Positions 29,595-32,000 of a stretch of DNA of 32,000 nt are shown here, in pieces. The stretch is from Polyangiaceae bacterium (GTDB lineage Bacteria > Myxococcota_A > Polyangia > Polyangiales > Polyangiaceae): NCBI GenBank assembly GCA_035644855.1, contig DASQNT010000467.1, positions 3,050 to 35,049 on the forward strand, read 5' to 3'. The notes under the pieces were generated by a model, which was given only the letters and a program-made list of their open reading frames with translations, was not told where the DNA came from and did no database searches. Position numbers and translations under genes: made by a program. Positions within the stretch are counted from its first letter, which is position 1, and each line of letters opens with the position of its first letter.

Positions 29595-30232
29595 CCGCCG
29601 CGGCAACAGCGAGCGATGTTCGCTTCCATCGAGCGAGGTAAGCAATCCGCGAGCGGATGTTCGTTTACCTCGATGGATGGAAGCAAACATCAGGCGAGGT
29701 AGGCAATCCGCGAGCGGATGTTCATTTACCTCGAGCGGATATTCACTTCCATCGAGCGGGGTAAGCAATCCGCGAGCGGAGGTGAGCACACCTCGAGCGG
29801 ATGGAAGCAAACATCGAGCGGCTGTTCGGAACATCGATCGACTGTTTGGAGACAGCGAGCAGCGGTAAGCAATCGCGAGCGGATGAAGCAATCCGCGAGC
29901 GGATGGAAGCGAACCCCGAGCGACGGGACACGAACCTCGAGCGACGGGAGCGAACATCGAGCGGATGGAAGCAAACCTCGAGGGGATGAAGCGAACCACG
30001 AGCGGCTGTAAGCTGGCATTGAGCGGACGCTCGTTTACCTCGCCGGATGTTCGCTTCCCTCGAGCGAGGGTACGTGATCCGCGAGCGACGAAAGCGAACA
30101 TCGAGCGACGGTGAGCGATCCGCGAGCGATTGTTCGCATCCAACGAGGAATTGTAAGTGATCCGCGAGCGATTGTTCGCGACCCTCACGCGATTGTTCAC
30201 GATCCGCGAGCGAGGCTTCGCGATCCGCGGGG
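29595..30232. repeat. Degenerate ~21-bp tandem repeat array (about 30 units) with conserved (C/A)TCGAGCG / TCCGCGAGCG core
   Basis: Units can be read off consecutively. Examples: gatgttcgcttccatcgagcg, aggtaagcaatccgcgagcg, gatgttcgtttacctcgatgg, atggaagcaaacatcaggcg, aggtaggcaatccgcgagcg ... attgttcacgatccgcgagcg. The sub-motif ATCCGC-GA-GCGGAT is an inverted repeat. All six frames are open but give only repetitive, incoherent peptides. Confidence 0.8.
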
Positions 30233-30326
30233 TATGTACGTGAATTTACGCCCCAATTCATCCCGCGGGTGAGATGGACGAGCGAGCTGGAGGCTCGGCG
30301 GGCGGCGAGGGTGCTCGCCCGACTGG

Positions 30327-30947
30327 ATGCGTGCGCTCCCGCCAGGATACCCTCCTGCCATGAGCTCCTCAGCCTCCAGGAAGCAGCCCTACGCCACGCT
30401 CGACGACCTGCTGGCGATCCCGGAGGACAAGCGCCGCCATGAGTTGATCGACGGCGAGATCGTAGAAAAGGGGGCGGCCAGCGCCGAGCACGGTAGCGCC
30501 CAGGGGCGGCTGTTCCGCTCACTGGGCCCCTTTGATCGGCGTCCCGGGGGTCGCTGGCCTGGCGGTTGGTGGTTCGCGACCGAGGTGGACATCTACTTCG
30601 ACCCGCAGAACACGCTCCGTCCCGACATCGTCGGATGGCGTCGAGAGCGAGTCCCAGAGGCCCCACGCGGCTGCCCCGTCGAGATCATTCCTGACTGGAT
30701 CTGTGAGGTGCTCTCGACGAATAAGCGCAACGATATCATCCGGAAGAAGCGCGTCTACTATCGTCACCGGGTTTCCCACGACTGGCTCCTCGATCCTGCC
30801 GAGGAGACCCTGCTCGTTTATCGCTGGGCCTCTGAAGGTTATCTCGAGGTGCTCGCCGCGCAGCGTGGCGAGCGCGTGCGTGCCGAGCCGTTCGAGGCTA
30901 TCGAGCTAGCAGTAGGGGTCTTCTTCGGGGAAGATGATGAGGAATAG
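30327..30947 (+). CDS. Uma2-family (DUF820) endonuclease
   Basis: Family pattern YATLDDLLAIPEDKRRHELIDGEIV ... RPDIVGW ... PDWICEVLS ... K...Y...V..YWLLDP. An alternative start lies at ATG 30360 (MSSSASRKQPY...). Confidence 0.85.
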   Translation: MRALPPGYPPAMSSSASRKQPYATLDDLLAIPEDKRRHELIDGEIVEKGAASAEHGSAQGRLFRSLGPFDRRPGGRWPGGWWFATEVDIYFDPQNTLRPDIVGWRRERVPEAPRGCPVEIIPDWICEVLSTNKRNDIIRKKRVYYRHRVSHDWLLDPAEETLLVYRWASEGYLEVLAAQRGERVRAEPFEAIELAVGVFFGEDDEE

Positions 30948-31466
30948 AGAAGTCCGGCACGACTGTGTGTCGTCTCCGCGCCCCAACATCACGGACGCGG
31001 CGTTCGATGCTGTTTCCCGTACGCTGGTGCCAGAGCCCAGGCCACCGCTCGAATTTCAGGCAACGTGACCGCAATCAGCCGCGGAGCCCTGCTCCGAGCG
31101 TGTGGCTCGTCGACGGCCTGCTGGACGCCATCCGGTGAGCACCTCGGCGGCCGTCTTTGCTCCGAAGACGTTATTGAACCTGCATGAGCCCGTGATTCTT
31201 CGAGCCCCGCTCGGCGTTTCGAGCTCCTATCCCCCCTTACCGACCTTACCCGCCTCGTTTCTGTGAAACGCCTGCAACGACGCCAATTTAGAGAGCTAAG
31301 CTGAGGGATGCGCCGCACATGGGCCCCTGGTTGCTCTGGCGTGCACCGCGTGCGCGGGTAGCTCCGCTATCATCGCGTCCTCGGTCCGCCGCGGGTCGTC
31401 CCCTGCGGCGAGCGCTCCGGCCTCTTCCTCCATCCCGAGCTCCGCGCCGACCCTCAAGCCTTGCGC

Positions 31467-32000
31467 TCAAGAGGGATCACAGAGCATCAGCGGGATATCG
31501 CCCTCCGGTCCGGAGAGGGTCGCCTGGTATTTGCAGGAGCCGAAGCCGCAGTCCGAGTCGCTGCAGCAGAAGGCCGTGCACCGGCCGAAAAAGCAGGTCG
31601 TCCCGTGCTCGCAAGCCGGGGAATTGTCGCAATCCTCGCCGCGAGGCACAGGGCTCGAGGCGCTGCGGCAATAGAACGCGCCGTCGCCCGGGTCACAAAC
31701 CCGTCCCTCCGGGCACGAGTCGAGGAGCGGGTTACACGCCCCGAGATCCTTGTAGCAGCTCGTCACGAGGCAGGCGACGTACGTCACAAAGGCCTGGTCG
31801 CACGCGTCCGCGACCTTGGGGCTGCCATTGTTGCAGACGAGCTCCCCCGAGGTGAGCACGCAGTCGATCGCGGCCGCCCACTCGGCCTTGCAGACCCCTT
31901 TGTCGTATTCGAAGTCGCACTTCTCAAGGCAGGTCGAGTCATCGTCGTCCGGGCACACGGGCGCGCGCAGCTCGCAGAACTGCTGGCAAGGCGTGCCCAT
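31467..32000 (-). CDS. Cysteine-rich secreted protein, C-terminal part (5' end may lie beyond the window)
   Basis: Open to the window edge. About 30 Cys in 177 aa with plausible composition. The overlapping + strand ORF is Arg/Pro-rich shadow. Confidence 0.55.
   Translation of the reverse strand: MGTPCQQFCELRAPVCPDDDDSTCLEKCDFEYDKGVCKAEWAAAIDCVLTSGELVCNNGSPKVADACDQAFVTYVACLVTSCYKDLGACNPLLDSCPEGRVCDPGDGAFYCRSASSPVPRGEDCDNSPACEHGTTCFFGRCTAFCCSDSDCGFGSCKYQATLSGPEGDIPLMLCDPS

Noticed and set aside
29595-30232. CRISPR array. The first three long units look like a ~32-nt repeat (GCAATCCGCGAGCGGATGTTCGTTTACCTCGA) plus ~30-nt spacers at 62-nt spacing.
   Set aside because: The putative spacers themselves consist of the same 21-bp sub-repeat (for example ggatggaagcaaacatc recurs four times). 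The repeats are degenerate rather than near-identical. No cas genes or leader are present.
30950-31466. 109-aa ORF 30989-31318 (-) and 178-aa ORF 31319-31855 (+).
   Set aside because: They are Arg/Pro/Ser-rich, with no RBS or motif. The second is the antisense shadow of the Cys-rich gene. The region is left unannotated.

Overview
High-GC chromosome segment that looks myxobacterial: it has secreted proteins with repeated C-x-G-x-D-x-D-C-D-G-x-x-D cysteine motifs, a MYXO-CTERM-like tail, and many antisense shadow ORFs. Left arm (46-13614): a nuclease, an FGE/lectin lipoprotein and a giant vWA surface protein on the minus strand, then an SDR, a GT39-like glycosyltransferase, Maf, an OmpA/TSP3 protein and a PPC-domain protein. 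Centre (about 13.6-22.4 kb): a visibly lower-GC, almost protein-free RNA island. By hand-folding I find 42 tRNA genes, all on the + strand, that together decode all 20 amino acids. The array is interrupted by only two CDSs, a Ro60/TROVE orthologue (rsr) and an HNH endonuclease. Directly downstream of rsr are five tRNA-shaped RNAs. Their anticodon-arm position carries an extended hairpin with a helix matching the conserved Ro60-binding helix of Y RNAs (GGNC-bulged C-GA paired to UU-GNCC). The helix is closed by a loop, while the tRNA acceptor end stays free, which is the inverse topology of described YrlA Y RNAs. I consider this tRNA array + Ro60 + tRNA-embedded Y-like RNA + HNH unit the main candidate novel system. 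Right arm: gamma-glutamyltransferase, a SAM methyltransferase, a P-loop NTPase, a YihY/BrkB membrane protein, a lipoprotein, an MBL-fold-like hypothetical, a ~640-bp array of ~21-bp tandem repeats, a Uma2 endonuclease and a partial Cys-rich protein. All RNA coordinates come from manual folding and may be off by 1-2 nt. No covariance-model or database search was possible.
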